DNA from: Tubiluchus corallicola
Taxonomy: Eukaryota; Animalia; Priapulida
Length of the DNA: 64,000 bases
Direction: 5' to 3'
Assembly: GCA_030141605.1 (NCBI GenBank)
Contig: JAQGDQ010000095.1
Location: 310,001 to 374,000, forward strand
Part shown: positions 40,291 through 53,000 of the stretch, one piece after another
How positions within the stretch are numbered: position 1 is the stretch's first letter
How the letters are laid out: each line of letters begins with the position of its first letter
The notes under the pieces: model-generated
What the model was told of the DNA's origin: nothing
Database searches by the model: none
What the model saw: the letters and a program-made list of their open reading frames with translations, nothing else
Translations under genes and position numbers: made by a program

Positions 40291-42403
40291 ATATATATAT
40301 AAGATTTGAGGCTACAGCTCCAACGACGGCACCATTTGAGGCGATCCATGTATCAAACAAAAGGTCTAGATCTAGTGTCATGCCATTGGGGGTTTATTTT
40401 TCGAATTGGGCCCACCGGGATGAATGGGGCGGCGGAAAACCTTCAAAAATGGCCATTTTTTACAAAACTTATACCTCTTATTTCTGGAGAATGGGAATGG
40501 AATGAGCCGGGGTCGGTGCCGGCCATGGATAGATAGCCCGTTCAACGGTGGATGCAGTAGGCATATCTAGATTTCGTGGGAGGGCCACAGCATCCGATAA
40601 CAGGCGTTTTCACGGACCCAACTCCCAATTTGTTCGAAATTCTGGCCAAATGGCCTGTAGAAAAAACGTTCTAGGGGCGCTTAATGTGATTCTTGGAAGG
40701 AGATATTTGGCTCTTTAGAAAGTGGAATAACAGGGCCACATGATGATATGGGCTATATTTTAGGAAACGTCCCCCAGGAGGAGTGGCGACGACTTAATCT
40801 GATGTTCCATTTTTGGCAATTTTCGCTTCGAAAACTGCTGACGCAAAGCCATTGTTCTGACGTCATCCATTATACTCTGCTTATAACCTTACAACTTTAA
40901 TTCAGTGAAAGTTGCTACTGGCTTTGCATTATAAATGAGAACTATGTAGGATGTTCGCATATTATTGATTATAAGTGTATTTATATGCAAAATTTTTGCG
41001 GGGCCTTTGCTAGTTTATTAATTAATTTACCATTGCTTAACGATGCTGTGTTGCTTGCAAAGTGCTGAACTGTATAAAAATATTGAAAATAATAAAGTTC
41101 TATAATTAACATGGTAATTACATAAAATGTAGTTGAACAGTTACCAATTAATCACCATAATTAAATAAAATTTCAAAGTGAACTAACCATGCTCTGCTGC
41201 AATACATTATATTTCTAAAATCTAAATGCACACTAGGAAATGTTTTAAAATCGACACTTAGATACAATAGTATATAAAAAAACATACAGATATAATTTTT
41301 TGAAATAACACCTAAATTTTATAATATAAGTTAGTTCAAAAAGTCCCTTATTATTTTTAAAAATTTAATAGAAATTAATAGAACTTACAATATAATATAA
41401 CTATCAAACACTAAGTGAGAGTTTACCTCACATTGTTAGTTAACTGTGCAAAGAAAATCAAATTAGTGAGTGCTTGAAACACCAAATAATGACTTACCAC
41501 ATCCAATGCCATCAGCTTTCAAATTGACCTTGCTTGGTGACACAACATCTGCAAATGAAGGCCATCCTGTACCAGAGTAATACTTTGCCTTGGAAGAAAA
41601 CAATAGTTCTCCACACACTACACAACAATATATGCCATTTTCCCTATTTCTGTAGTGTTCACCAGTGTAAGGTCTGCAAGAAGCGTGAATTAAAACATTT
41701 AAATGAAAATTGTTTGCACTCAATCTCATTTTAATTTAAAAATTAGCAATTATTTCTTATATTCGAATAATTAGCTTAGAAAGTTAATTAACGGTAACTG
41801 AACACAGCTATTGCTTACGTCAGAAACTAACCACAGTTTGTGCAATGGTAGGCATTTTACCTAGCGAGTCAAGCAGGTTTGTGTAAGTGAAGGGATACTG
41901 TTTAAATGCATGATGTAACGAAAATGGGCTTTACGTCACATGACGTCAGAAACTAACACTGCAGTTCATGATCATGGTTATCACGTACCACCTTCTAGAA
42001 GTAAATCTATACCACATAAGCACATGGTACTCTCGATGAGTAAATGCATAGGAGTATATCAAGAAAAATTACCCACCCACAAGACCAATGAAAAATGAAG
42101 TGAAATGAAAAGGAGTAATACTGCATATCACTATTACAGCCAACAAAAGTTGCATGATTTAGAAAGTAATTTAACAAGCATAATGCTACATATCTCAAAT
42201 TGTGCATAGTCTATTTCAGCACACTCATACTTTTCTGTCCCACATTCCTGTGTAACATGGTACTGTATAGGCGTTAGTTGATTCCTTAGCTCTTGTTTTG
42301 AAATTTGAACTTTAGAATGTTGCTTCTGTGATACACAAAATTGGGTTGGAACTCCATTGAGAGCTTGAGTAGCTTCCACTGTCCCACTAGCAATAACAGC
42401 CAT
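39756..42403 (-). CDS. MSRB: Methionine-R-sulfoxide reductase B (SelR family, Cys-type, Zn-binding; MsrB2/MsrB3-like), 184 aa
   Basis: Exons 42403-42231, 41673-41498, 39961-39756. Motifs: [76 protein letters not shown]. An in-frame TAA lies 18 nt upstream of the ATG. Confidence 0.95.
40060..40900. mobile_element. GC-rich non-coding insertion in the MsrB last intron, probable non-autonomous DNA transposon
   Basis: Abrupt GC/CpG rise at 40300-40870, an internal (TA)n tract, TGGATGAC/GTCATCCA inverted motifs near both ends, and no credible ORF. Clean TIRs and TSD were not found. Confidence 0.4.
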
Positions 42404-43119
42404 GTCTTCACCATTTGATTAGAGTAAAAAACTAGAAAGAAAAAGAACTAAGTAGTCAATGAAATGTTCACTTTTAGACATAACATTCTGTATCTTCGTC
42501 ACAATTCGGACTCTATCCACCAATAATACAAACACAAACAAGCCTATAAATTATATATATATTCCTGCATTGTTGTACGGTTTGTTTATGCTACTGATTA
42601 TACTCAATTTGTTTATGTCTTTATTGTTCGATGTTACTCCAAGAATAACCATATCCTAGAATGTTGATGAAGGAGTACTGATATAAGCATCAATTTTTGT
42701 GTATGTTGCTCAATTTTTTAGAAATCACTTGACATTGCTTCTGAAATGAAATGAAGTTTTTAAGTTAATATAAGCCAGAGGTAAAACGGCACTAATCGAG
42801 TTTATGACAATGTCTAATGAGAATATTGCAACAATATTTGTGGAATGTTGTGTAATAATAAAAATATTGCAGTCTGTTCAGTCTATCAGTTTAACATTTT
42901 AACTAAAATTATTAGGCAATGAAAACATGTTTTTGTAACCGGTTATTTTAACTTTTTTTTATTTTCAGACTCATACTGACTTTAAATAATTTCTTCATAT
43001 TATTTTTTCCACATTTTGCATTTCCAGTAATAACAAGTCCGACACAAATTATAAATCTTTCAGCTATACTCATTAATAACATTTAGACTATAATATGATT
43101 ACAAATTTGGTAACTTACT

Positions 43120-44770
43120 GACTGATGTCACCGATCCCCACCCTGTATTTCGTATAAGTGATTTAATACTGCCCTTATCCAAGCAGAAATTTTCTTATAG
43201 AACTTTGATTCAAGATTTATGAAATACTACATTGGATGAGGTTCTTGATAAAATAAGGCCACCAAGAGCTTCAATGACAAATTCCAAAATATTTATGCCA
43301 CTCATATCTGGGAAAAGCAGTTAGCAGTTAATTCAAATAAGGCAAAGGACCACTGGATTATGCCTGATTTATTGCAGTCTATGAAATGCAAAAATGTACA
43401 AATTAGCACTGAAAGGTAATCGTGCTTACAATCAATATACCAAAATAAAGTGAATAATCTTATAAAACTTTTTGTAGTAATTATATAAATGAATTGCTAC
43501 AAAAATAATACAAAGAAAACCTCTACGATATTGAAACAAATCATGAACAAAGGCTAAAAATGAACTATTATTAAACTATTAAACTCAACATCAATAATAG
43601 AATACTGACCAACAGATAATAGCTGATAAATTCAGTTAATATTTTGCAAATACAGGACCATCTCTTACAATTAAAATTGGAAACTCAAATAAGGTTTGCT
43701 CAGAATAGTCAATGAGAAATTATCTTAACTCCTTTTTTGAGCCGATCAACCCTACTGTGCAGGGATGGCTCTAGTTTGACGCTCTTAGCAAAAGTATATT
43801 TAGGGTCAATGCCTTCCCTCCAATGTCTCTACCATATCCCTGAAATTGAAGTTTTCTGGTATCATATTACAGTAAAGTATAATGGTATCTGTATGTCAGG
43901 CTGATACATGTACATAGTACAAATGTGCTTAATTACTTATCTGCAGCTGATAGGTACATCCTGGGTCTTCAGGAGCAATGAAATTCCTACAGCTTCAACC
44001 ACTCTTGGCTAGATTTTCCTTCAGCCTTTTCATAAGAAAATTTTTGAAATTCTAACTTCTCTTTTTCATATACATCCTCCTTTCTTACATCCATTTTGTT
44101 AGCTTCAGGGTCTTCACAACCTTAACTCGGGTCTGGTTGCAAATGCTTCACTGGCAACTATTTTGCTATTCATTATCATCACTTTACTTTTTTAGTTTTC
44201 ATTTCCTGTAACTCGGGTCTTCTGTTCCTGTAACTCGGTAACTCCTGTATTCTGCTCCTGATATCTTCGATTCTAATAGGTTAATCTGCCATAATTACAT
44301 AAATGTCGTTCTCTCCATACAAGCAGTGAAGTGGTTAAACAGAGGTCAAAGAAAATTCCTCTGCATTACGAATACAAGCAGTGAAGTGGTTAAACAGAGG
44401 TCAAAGAAAATTAATCTGCAATATGAATGATCTATCAAAATATACAACTGTAACTAAATCACTATTTCGAAACAGTAATATTTTAAATTTAGAAGATTTA
44501 ATTTCATTCAATCTCTCCACATATATGTACAAAACACATTTCGGTCTATTTTCAACTGCTTTTAATAATTCAGGATCATTAATCTGACAAAATATTACAC
44601 GTTTTAATGAGTATCTGATATTCTACTGTAGAATGAATCTTGTTAGACATTTCCTTAAATTCACACACCATTCACAATGGAAAAATATTCTTCCAAAACT
44701 GAAAAGCAGCAAATTTATAAATATTTTTTAAAAAAATTTTAAAACGCCAAATGTTAATGCTTAATAGTGA
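43120..44770 (+). mobile_element. Highly decayed L2-group LINE interrupted by a ~500-bp insertion (~43759-44260)
   Basis: Remnants KDHWIMPDLLQSMK, IADKFS*YFANTGPSL and LFRNSNILNLEDLISFNLSTYMYK; the insertion starts CAGGGATGGCTCTAG (hAT-like terminus). Confidence 0.6.
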
Positions 44771-45413
44771 ATAAATAATCTAGCTGGTGATTCATATCAG
44801 TTGTATGGCATCCACCAAGGGCTTCTTGTCTAGAATCAATAGTAGCTAATCTAATTATAGCTGTTGGGAGGCGAGTAGGACACCAGCCAAAATAGGACAC
44901 ATTTGATAAAATAAAAGAATCTTATTCCAAGCTAGTAGAATGGCTAATATTAAATTTGGCTTCAATACTAATCCTCTTAAAGTAAAATAAGCCTGCTTTT
45001 TAGGCAATTCCAACATTTGCTTAAGGTACATCATTTTTTATTTTGTCTCGCTTCACAGACAGGTGATCTGTTTCACTACCTCTTGGACAAATAATTGTTT
45101 TCTACTAAGTAAACGGGCTAGGGAGCTATGTGCCCTACATAGTTTCTCTCTTTAAAGCATTAGATACTTAGTTTAATATTATGATGATATTAATGGAGCA
45201 AATAATAATGATGATATTATTGTAAAAAAAATACATTTGTAAATTGTCAATGACTATCCATCATTATTATAAAGTTACTTTTTTCTAACACAAATTTAGT
45301 TTTATGTTTAATTATGTCATAATTTTCTATTCTAGACAGAAATCACCAGTGCCCTACTTGGAAAAACTTGCAAGAAATTTAGTGCATGCGCTTTAGCGGA
45401 AGTATTCTACTTC

Positions 45414-46500
45414 GGCTAGTGGCGTACTCCGCACCCTACAATAGTCTTTGTTTTCTAATGCTATGTTTTCTATTTGAGTTTTTTCCTTCTGACTTTTTGA
45501 CAGAAGCATATTATTGGTATACAGTATTCGAATAATAATAGACCTATCCGAATAAATTTTTTATGGTAGTGACTAAAGGTACAGATCTGTATCCGGATCG
45601 CAGCAACTAAAAATACAGATCGGTGTCTCGAAAGCTTTCACTAGAAAATACGGATCGATCCGTACTGCGAAAGCTATGGATCGCCCGTCAGAGATGGACA
45701 GATATCACTTTCTCGTTTATCCACAACTGCAAAATCCACAAGTGTAAATATCTGCATCCTTAAAATCCGCGGATTGAGTGAAATTGAAAATCGTTGTATA
45801 CGCAAAAAATGTGGACAACAAATTAACTAGGCTTCGTATGTGTACCTATTGTTGAAAACTGTTTCTTAATGTGAAGCTAGGAGATATAATCGCGAATCAA
45901 TAATAAATTGCTAGCCAAACCCCAATTTTGCTTGTAAACCTTCAACGACAGCTCACACAGAACGATGTACATAGTACATCCTTCAACCATATCATGCCCT
46001 TAACAGTTCAAACCATTATATATATATAATATGGGTTAGTAGGTCATATTACAACACTCTAAGAAATTCATAACACTTTAAGATTTAAAGTCTTGCTAAC
46101 TGGCCTACTACACATCACTTTTTGTAACAATAAACAAAATAAATTAAACAAACTATTAATTGGTAGCTTATACAACACACAGCACTCTATAAAAGGTAAC
46201 AATTTGTAAGACAATAAAAGGAGACTAACTAATTTTACAGTGTAACTATTATATCACGAAGAAAAACGGTACGGATCCAGGCTGTATAATGGCATATCAA
46301 CATTTTCATGAAGTGGGAATGTGCTTTTCAATGATGTGCAGAGCACATGGTCAAACGCTGTATGTCGTAAAAATGGTCAAAATCTGTATGTTTTGTAAAT
46401 GTCACAAAAAGCACGGATCCGTATTTGTTGCAAAAATAGCTACGAATACAGATCCGTATTTGGTATTGTAGAAAAGACGAGTACGGATCCGCACCTCTAG
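45414..46500. mobile_element. hAT-like MITE cluster with repeated TAC(G/A)GATC/GATCCGTA subterminal motifs
   Basis: The motif recurs at 45580-45680 and 46268-46495; the right end reads TAGAGGTGCGGATCCGTA on the minus strand; a nested CAGAGATGG start lies at ~45688. Confidence 0.5.
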
Positions 46501-46729
46501 CCACTGCCATTTTTTATTTGTGGCACTTTGCTTTCATAGCACTTTGTATGCATTTCTGTCTTAATTTTGTTATATAAATGTTGTCAATGCACTTCCGCTT
46601 AGTATTAGAGCAATAAACTGGACGGTATCATTTGATTTATTCTTTACTTAGTTCTCAAACTCTGTGCACAGAATCTTACAGCCTAGCCAAAAATATCCCA
46701 GCGTGCTAAATACAGAGAAATTAAAGTCT

Positions 46730-47008
46730 TCTTACTGTTAAATATTTACCGCGCTGAGCACTTAACTAGTATTAAATGGGAGTAAAAAAAGACAGTCAAT
46801 TATCTTGGTTTACAATTACACCACGAACATTGCCATTTGGCTTCAATACAGGAAACCTCCACAAAACGTTTTTTTTTGAAAATGAAAAGCGCCCGAAAAA
46901 GATCTCTGCGTACGTGTGAACGCGAAGCATGCAGACGTAAAGTGTGAAATACTGTACTAAACTGCTTGTTATAGTTGGTAACACTTGTTATAAGTTTAGG
47001 GAATACAA
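46730..47008. promoter_or_regulatory. Putative bidirectional promoter for MsrB (-) and CNIH4 (+)
   Basis: CpG-enriched patch (46885-46940) just upstream of the CNIH4 ATG; head-to-head gene orientation; minus-strand donor-like GTAAG at ~46735 for a non-coding MsrB first exon. Confidence 0.45.
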
Positions 47009-50000
47009 ATGGGCGACGTTATACTATTTATCTTTGCATTAGTAGACTCCGCTTCCTCTTTGTTTCTTGCTGTTTATCTTGTATCCTTTAAAAGATATGA
47101 CTTATTTTATTTTCATCTTCAAAATCAAAGTCCTATTCACCCTACTGTATTAAATTATGAGTTTTCACTATTCAAAGGTATTATTATTATTATATAGTTT
47201 TATAGCAGATAAAATGTAAAATTAATTGAAGGTAATTAAATAATTAACAGTTCGATCAAATTTAATAAAAAAGGAAAGTGCATAAATCTTATTTTAGTTA
47301 GGTTTAATTACATATTGGCTGCCCTATTATATAGTTGCATCCAGTTGTCCTTCAGGTGTGGATAGCCTCCGGATGTGTAAAAAAAATTCAGGCTCATATT
47401 ATATACACACGTTTAGCAATTTTGTTTGTGGCATTAGATTTCAAATAAATTTATTTATCTGAAGATTAAAACATGAAAAACCCACGTACATAGCAAAATT
47501 AGTTACTAGTACTACTACTAGTTTGGAGAAAGGGTGGCAAAAAACCCAAGTGGTTAGTAAACCAGGATCTCTTTAGTTAAAGTTTAGTCTTGAAACTCTT
47601 GAAAGTTAGTACAAGAAAATCTAGTGAGGATTTAAGCTGCGATGAAACAAAGAAAGTCCTGACAAACTGAAAAAATATAATAATGAAGAAATGATAAAAA
47701 ATAGATCAATCTAGTATTAAGTGGCAAGGCAATATGCAATAATAATAAAAAAACCGACATAAGGAAAACAGATTGAGAAACAAAGCAAAACTATCAGAAG
47801 TGGATAAGCATATAAAATCACAATAAATAATAACAGATGTAAAAATAAGAATACATAAGGACTGAAAACAAAACTGAAATACACACTGGAAAACATAAAC
47901 TGAAGGACGCAACTCAGCGAAAAAATGATAATGTGTGGTAAAGCATACACAACAAAAATTAAGACAGCAAAAAATAAGAACATAATAATGTAGCATGCTA
48001 TTAATATAGTTTGCTTAACAAAAATTGTGCATGCAGGCATAGCAACATTACTTTCCAGTTAGCCTTTATCATTAGAGTAGATTTTCCTTAGATAAATAAT
48101 ACCTTTTGTGAAATGATTAGGCTTTCTGAAAAGTTTTGTGGAAGACTTTTTGCATGAGTAAATATTCATTCTCTTCTGCGTGATTTCTCTATCTGATTAT
48201 ACACGAGACTGGAAAAACGTGAAAAGTTATTGTAATTACAGTTTATATATTATTCATTACTAAGACTATATGTACCAATAAGAATTGAGCTGTATTTAGA
48301 TACCATATTATTGAGGGAACCATTAATAATGTTTACTGGTAATGAATAAATACTTTGGCACCTTGATATTTTAATGACTGTTGTCCTTTAGTGGTATTAA
48401 ATCTTTCAACAAAAAAACAAATTTTTTGAGGCTAATCTGGTAAAATTGACTGAATGTTCAATACAGGTGCATAATAACAAGAGAAAAGAAGAGAGCACTA
48501 GTGCAACACATAAAAAACATAATGTGTGATTTAATGTATTTGTATGTACACACACACGCACGCACACACCCACACACACACACAGGAGCTGTTAGTTAGT
48601 TTACTATCCGAGCTAATAGAGCAAAATGATGACTTTCAGCATACAAGTCTCCGTCAGTTTTTACAAAAAAGGTTCCTCACGTAGCCATTCAGTGTTTTGC
48701 TATTTCACCTATTTACATTGAATAGCACCTTAAATTGTTTCACTGTAGATACATTCCTCAATCTTGGAAGCTCATTCCAGGCATTTACGATTGTCTGACT
48801 AAAAGGAATTTTCTCAGATCCAGATTAGCGTGTTTGTTAAATACCTGCAAACTGTGACGCCTAGATGACCTATTTGAGTTCTTGAAATCGAAAAAGTTTC
48901 TGCAGTCACCTTTGTCAATGGCCTTTACTAACTTGAAGACTTGAATTAAATCAGCATGATCTCTAGTAGTAGAGAGCATTTGTAATTTTAGTTGGCATAA
49001 ACATTGACAATATAGTAAGGCTGGCATTCCAAACGCCATGTACGTGGCTTTTTTCTGGACAGCCTCAATCAAACAGATATCTTTCACCTTCGGGTTCCAT
49101 ATTCCAGGATTGAGTGAACTATGGATTTGTAATGTTTAATTATGGTGCTTGCATGGCTGTTATAAAACATTCTGTAAATCATTCCTGGACTGGCATTTGC
49201 TTTTTTAATTTTGTTTGAAATATGCATTGCAGGTTTCAGATCAGATGAGAATGTGAGGCTTCAGTCTGTTTCCTGCTGTACATCTGTCAGCATTGCATTA
49301 TGTAAGAAACTATCCTGTTTTAGGTTTAAATAGCCTAAGTGAAGCTATTTTCATGAAATAACTTTGCCATTCTTGCGACCAGCTGTATAATTTATTTACT
49401 GATTGTGTTAGTCATGAAATATCATGATAATTACCCACACAGCTTACAATTGTCAGCAAATTTGACATTTTGCCGACTATTTCATCCTCAGCATCACTGA
49501 TATAAATTAAAAAAAGCAAGAGCCTGAGGAAGGAACCCCAAATGATACTTGTATTAGACGAGAAGTTTTGTGGCTGATGACTGCGTGCTGTGTTTTCTCA
49601 CACAGCCAGTATTCAATCCATTTCAGTAATTTAACACCTACGCCATAAGCCTTGAGTTTTATAATTAATTGTTTGTGGGGGACTTTATCAAAATCTAAAT
49701 ACTTTATATCTACCGGTACTCCCGTGTCAAGATCTGAGGTAATATACTCCATAAAATCTAACAGATTTGTATTGCAAGATCTACTTTTCACAAACCTGTG
49801 TGTTCCTTGTCATTAATTAAGTCAATGCAAGTTAGATGCTGACGTACTGTATCTTTAATAAAACTCAAAAAACTTGCCAACTACTGACGTTGGTCTATAG
49901 TTATTTGTGTCGTCTTTTTTGCCGTCTTTGTAAGTAGATGTCACATTTGCAGTCCTCCATGATATAGGTACAATATTAAGCGACAAGTTAAAGAAATAGA

Positions 50001-53000
50001 ACACGGATTTGTCAATCTCACTTGCAAGTGCCTTATTAACAATCGATGCAACTTGTCTGGCCCCGGCAACTTATTTGTGTTCAGTTTCGTTGACTTATTC
50101 TTTATTTTGTAAATTGTAATATTACTTTATATTAGGGATGTTGTTAAGTACAATATTATATCTTAAACACATATCTGGTGTACTAGTTAATAGTTGTTTC
50201 GTAAATACTTTACAGAAAACTTGATTTACTGCTTCAGCTTTATCTTGATGGTTAGTTAAAATCAACCTGCCCCTACTTTTAAAACTGCTTCACTTTCCTT
50301 CATCTTCATTCTAGACCCTCAATATCTAAAGAAAGTTTTTGAATCATTTTTTGTGTTTGCTACAAATTTATGTTCAAATTCATATTTAGCTCTGTTAATT
50401 GTATTTGAAATAGCCTGCAATTTTTGCTTGTACAATAAGTAATCATTGTTACTTTGAGATTGCCTATACTTATTCTGAGCTTTGTATTTCGCTCTAATAG
50501 TTCGTAAGATTAAACCAAGGAGTTTATAATACTCCTCTTTCAACGTTCTGGTTTGGCACATGCTTAACCGCTATCAGTAAAATAAAATCAACCAACATTA
50601 TCCGTGCCTGTTTTACATTTAGATTCATTTTTCTCTTGACCACTGGTTGCTAAAAAAATTTGTGCTTCTCTACACATCCTTTTATAGTTCCCTTATTGTA
50701 TGCGGGTAAAGTTTGTGCCAATACATTTTTGTTAGTGGCTATGCATGTTTTCCAGACCAAAACACTATTCATGGTCACTTATACCAATTGGAGTCAAAAT
50801 GTTTAAATCATCGACCATATTATATTCTGAAGTAAATTTTAAGCCTAATTCAGACCCATACTTACTAGTGGGCAAAGAGACATGCTAATGTATAAAGTGT
50901 CATGTACAGTTTCAATGAATGAACTTTCATATCTTGGGTCTTTAAAATTTTGGAAATCTTGTGATTTTGTATGGCATTCATCGATTTATTTTAAAGCAGT
51001 GTTCGTTTCAGGTTGGTTTGTCACTGCATCTTTTGTTCATAAAATCTTTAGAGTGTATTAAACTCCCCTTTTCTTGGACATATACAAATGTCACCCTACT
51101 TCCAAAGGCTATTAACACCACAAAATGTGATGAACTGAGGCCTATATCACGTACATCTGTCTTTTATAAAAATCTTTGAAAAGCTAATTTGCTGTGATGT
51201 TCCGTGGTTTCCATTACGGTACATGTAGTTATGAAACATTCTTTGAGTTTCGACTTTGTTCTCTACCTGACCATTTTGTTGTTTCTTTCTGGTTTCTTAT
51301 ATCAGTGAATGGGCAAAAACTTTTAATAGGATTACGTTACACGTAATTTACCTGGATTTTTGTAAAGCATTTGATTTCTGCCCCTTTTACAAGGCTGCTT
51401 GTTAGGGGTGAGCATTTTCTACCAGAAAGCGAATTCGAATCAAATCTAATTTGTGACTTTCGAATTCGAATCAAACCAAATTTCAGTATTTCGAATTCGA
51501 ATTGAATTTGAAAGATTTTTGAACCAATTTCCAAACCACTAGTAAAAAGTGGTCTTACAAATATCATGCATATTACTTGATTTTGTTCTGCAGTAAAACC
51601 GCCATTAGTTTGTTAAAAGTTTTGCATAGAAACTGCAGCTAAATTGTGCTAAGTGCATACTCTATCAAACATTTTAATGATAAAGAACGTGTGTGGCTGG
51701 AGTGCTGAATTATTCGAATCTATAATTTCAGGTTCGAATTGAATTCGAACTTAAAAAACTCGTTCGAATCGTTCGATGCTCACCCTTACTGCTTGTTACG
51801 TGAATTAGAATTTTCTGCTATTTGTGATAGATTGTTATTCTGGTTTTGTTAGTTACATTCTGTCATTAGCATGTTTTAAGTGGTCCATATTGTTTACCGA
51901 CATTCTGGCATTCAGATGTGTCATTCTTCTCTTAGCACATGACATTGGTTTATCGTCTGTGTCTTCTGTTGAACAAAGGCATAACACTATTGATCCGGTA
52001 AATGCATAAAAGATTTTAAATGGTAATACTGTACTGCTGTCAAATGATTTCTTTGCCAGACCTTTTTGTCAGCTTTGCTGACACCCTGACTAAAGTTTTT
52101 TGCCTCATTGTTAGACCTAATCTACGGAAACATTTCTTTAGCGATCGTGTGATTAGTTCATGGAATCATTGCCCAAGTAGTGTGATAGCTTCAGTGGATA
52201 TAAGTAAGTTTAAAAGTGCTCAGTAGCAATCGTGACTAGGCATCACTAAACCATTCAGTAGTTTAGAGTTAATGGTATAGATACAACAAAAGACCAGATG
52301 TGATGATATGTATAATTGTATATAATTATTATGCATTTATATTATGCAATAGGCCTATATGACAAACATTAATGTGTGTAATGATAGATGATAAATTAGA
52401 ACTCATAAAAACAATTAAACAAGCTAATTTCCGGCTATCGGCAAAATATTAACAAATCTTTACTCTTCATTTTTGTTTATCACAAATGAAAATTTTCTCA
52501 CAAAACTGATGAGTATCACAGTGATGTGACTCTAACACTGGCAAAACGTGGGCTCTTTAACAATGCCCTAACTAAACAAAACATGGCAAAATGGTGATTA
52601 AGTTGAGTGGGATTTCCTAGTATTGGTGACGATATTAACAATCATGAGTAATATTTCCGACAACAGATCCTGGATGTCCATGACTTCTTGTATAACGATA
52701 TCAGTATAACTGCAAATGTAGTGCAAGGATTGTGGTGCTCAGCATTTAAAAATAGACATATGCTCAGCTAATATTATTACATATTTATAATTTTCCGTAC
52801 TGTGTTTTTTTTTGGTTACCGTGCATCATACTTGAATATAATACCTAATATTATGGAATTGAATAATTCAGTATTTCAATTACATTCGCTCTTTATCTTT
52901 AAAACTTTTGAAAAGTATGAAATAGTGCAATTTAGCTGCGATCTCTGTGCATATTCACTGGCTTGAGCAATCTTGCAGTAATTATGTAAATCACATTTAT

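Noticed and set aside
39756-42403. MsrB as a selenoprotein (MsrB1/SelR with Sec)
   Set aside because: The catalytic residue is Cys (RYCINS); there is no in-frame TGA and no SECIS was recognised.
44317-44412. Two ~40-bp direct repeats resembling CRISPR repeats
   Set aside because: Only two copies inside a decayed LINE in a eukaryotic locus; a local duplication with no cas genes.
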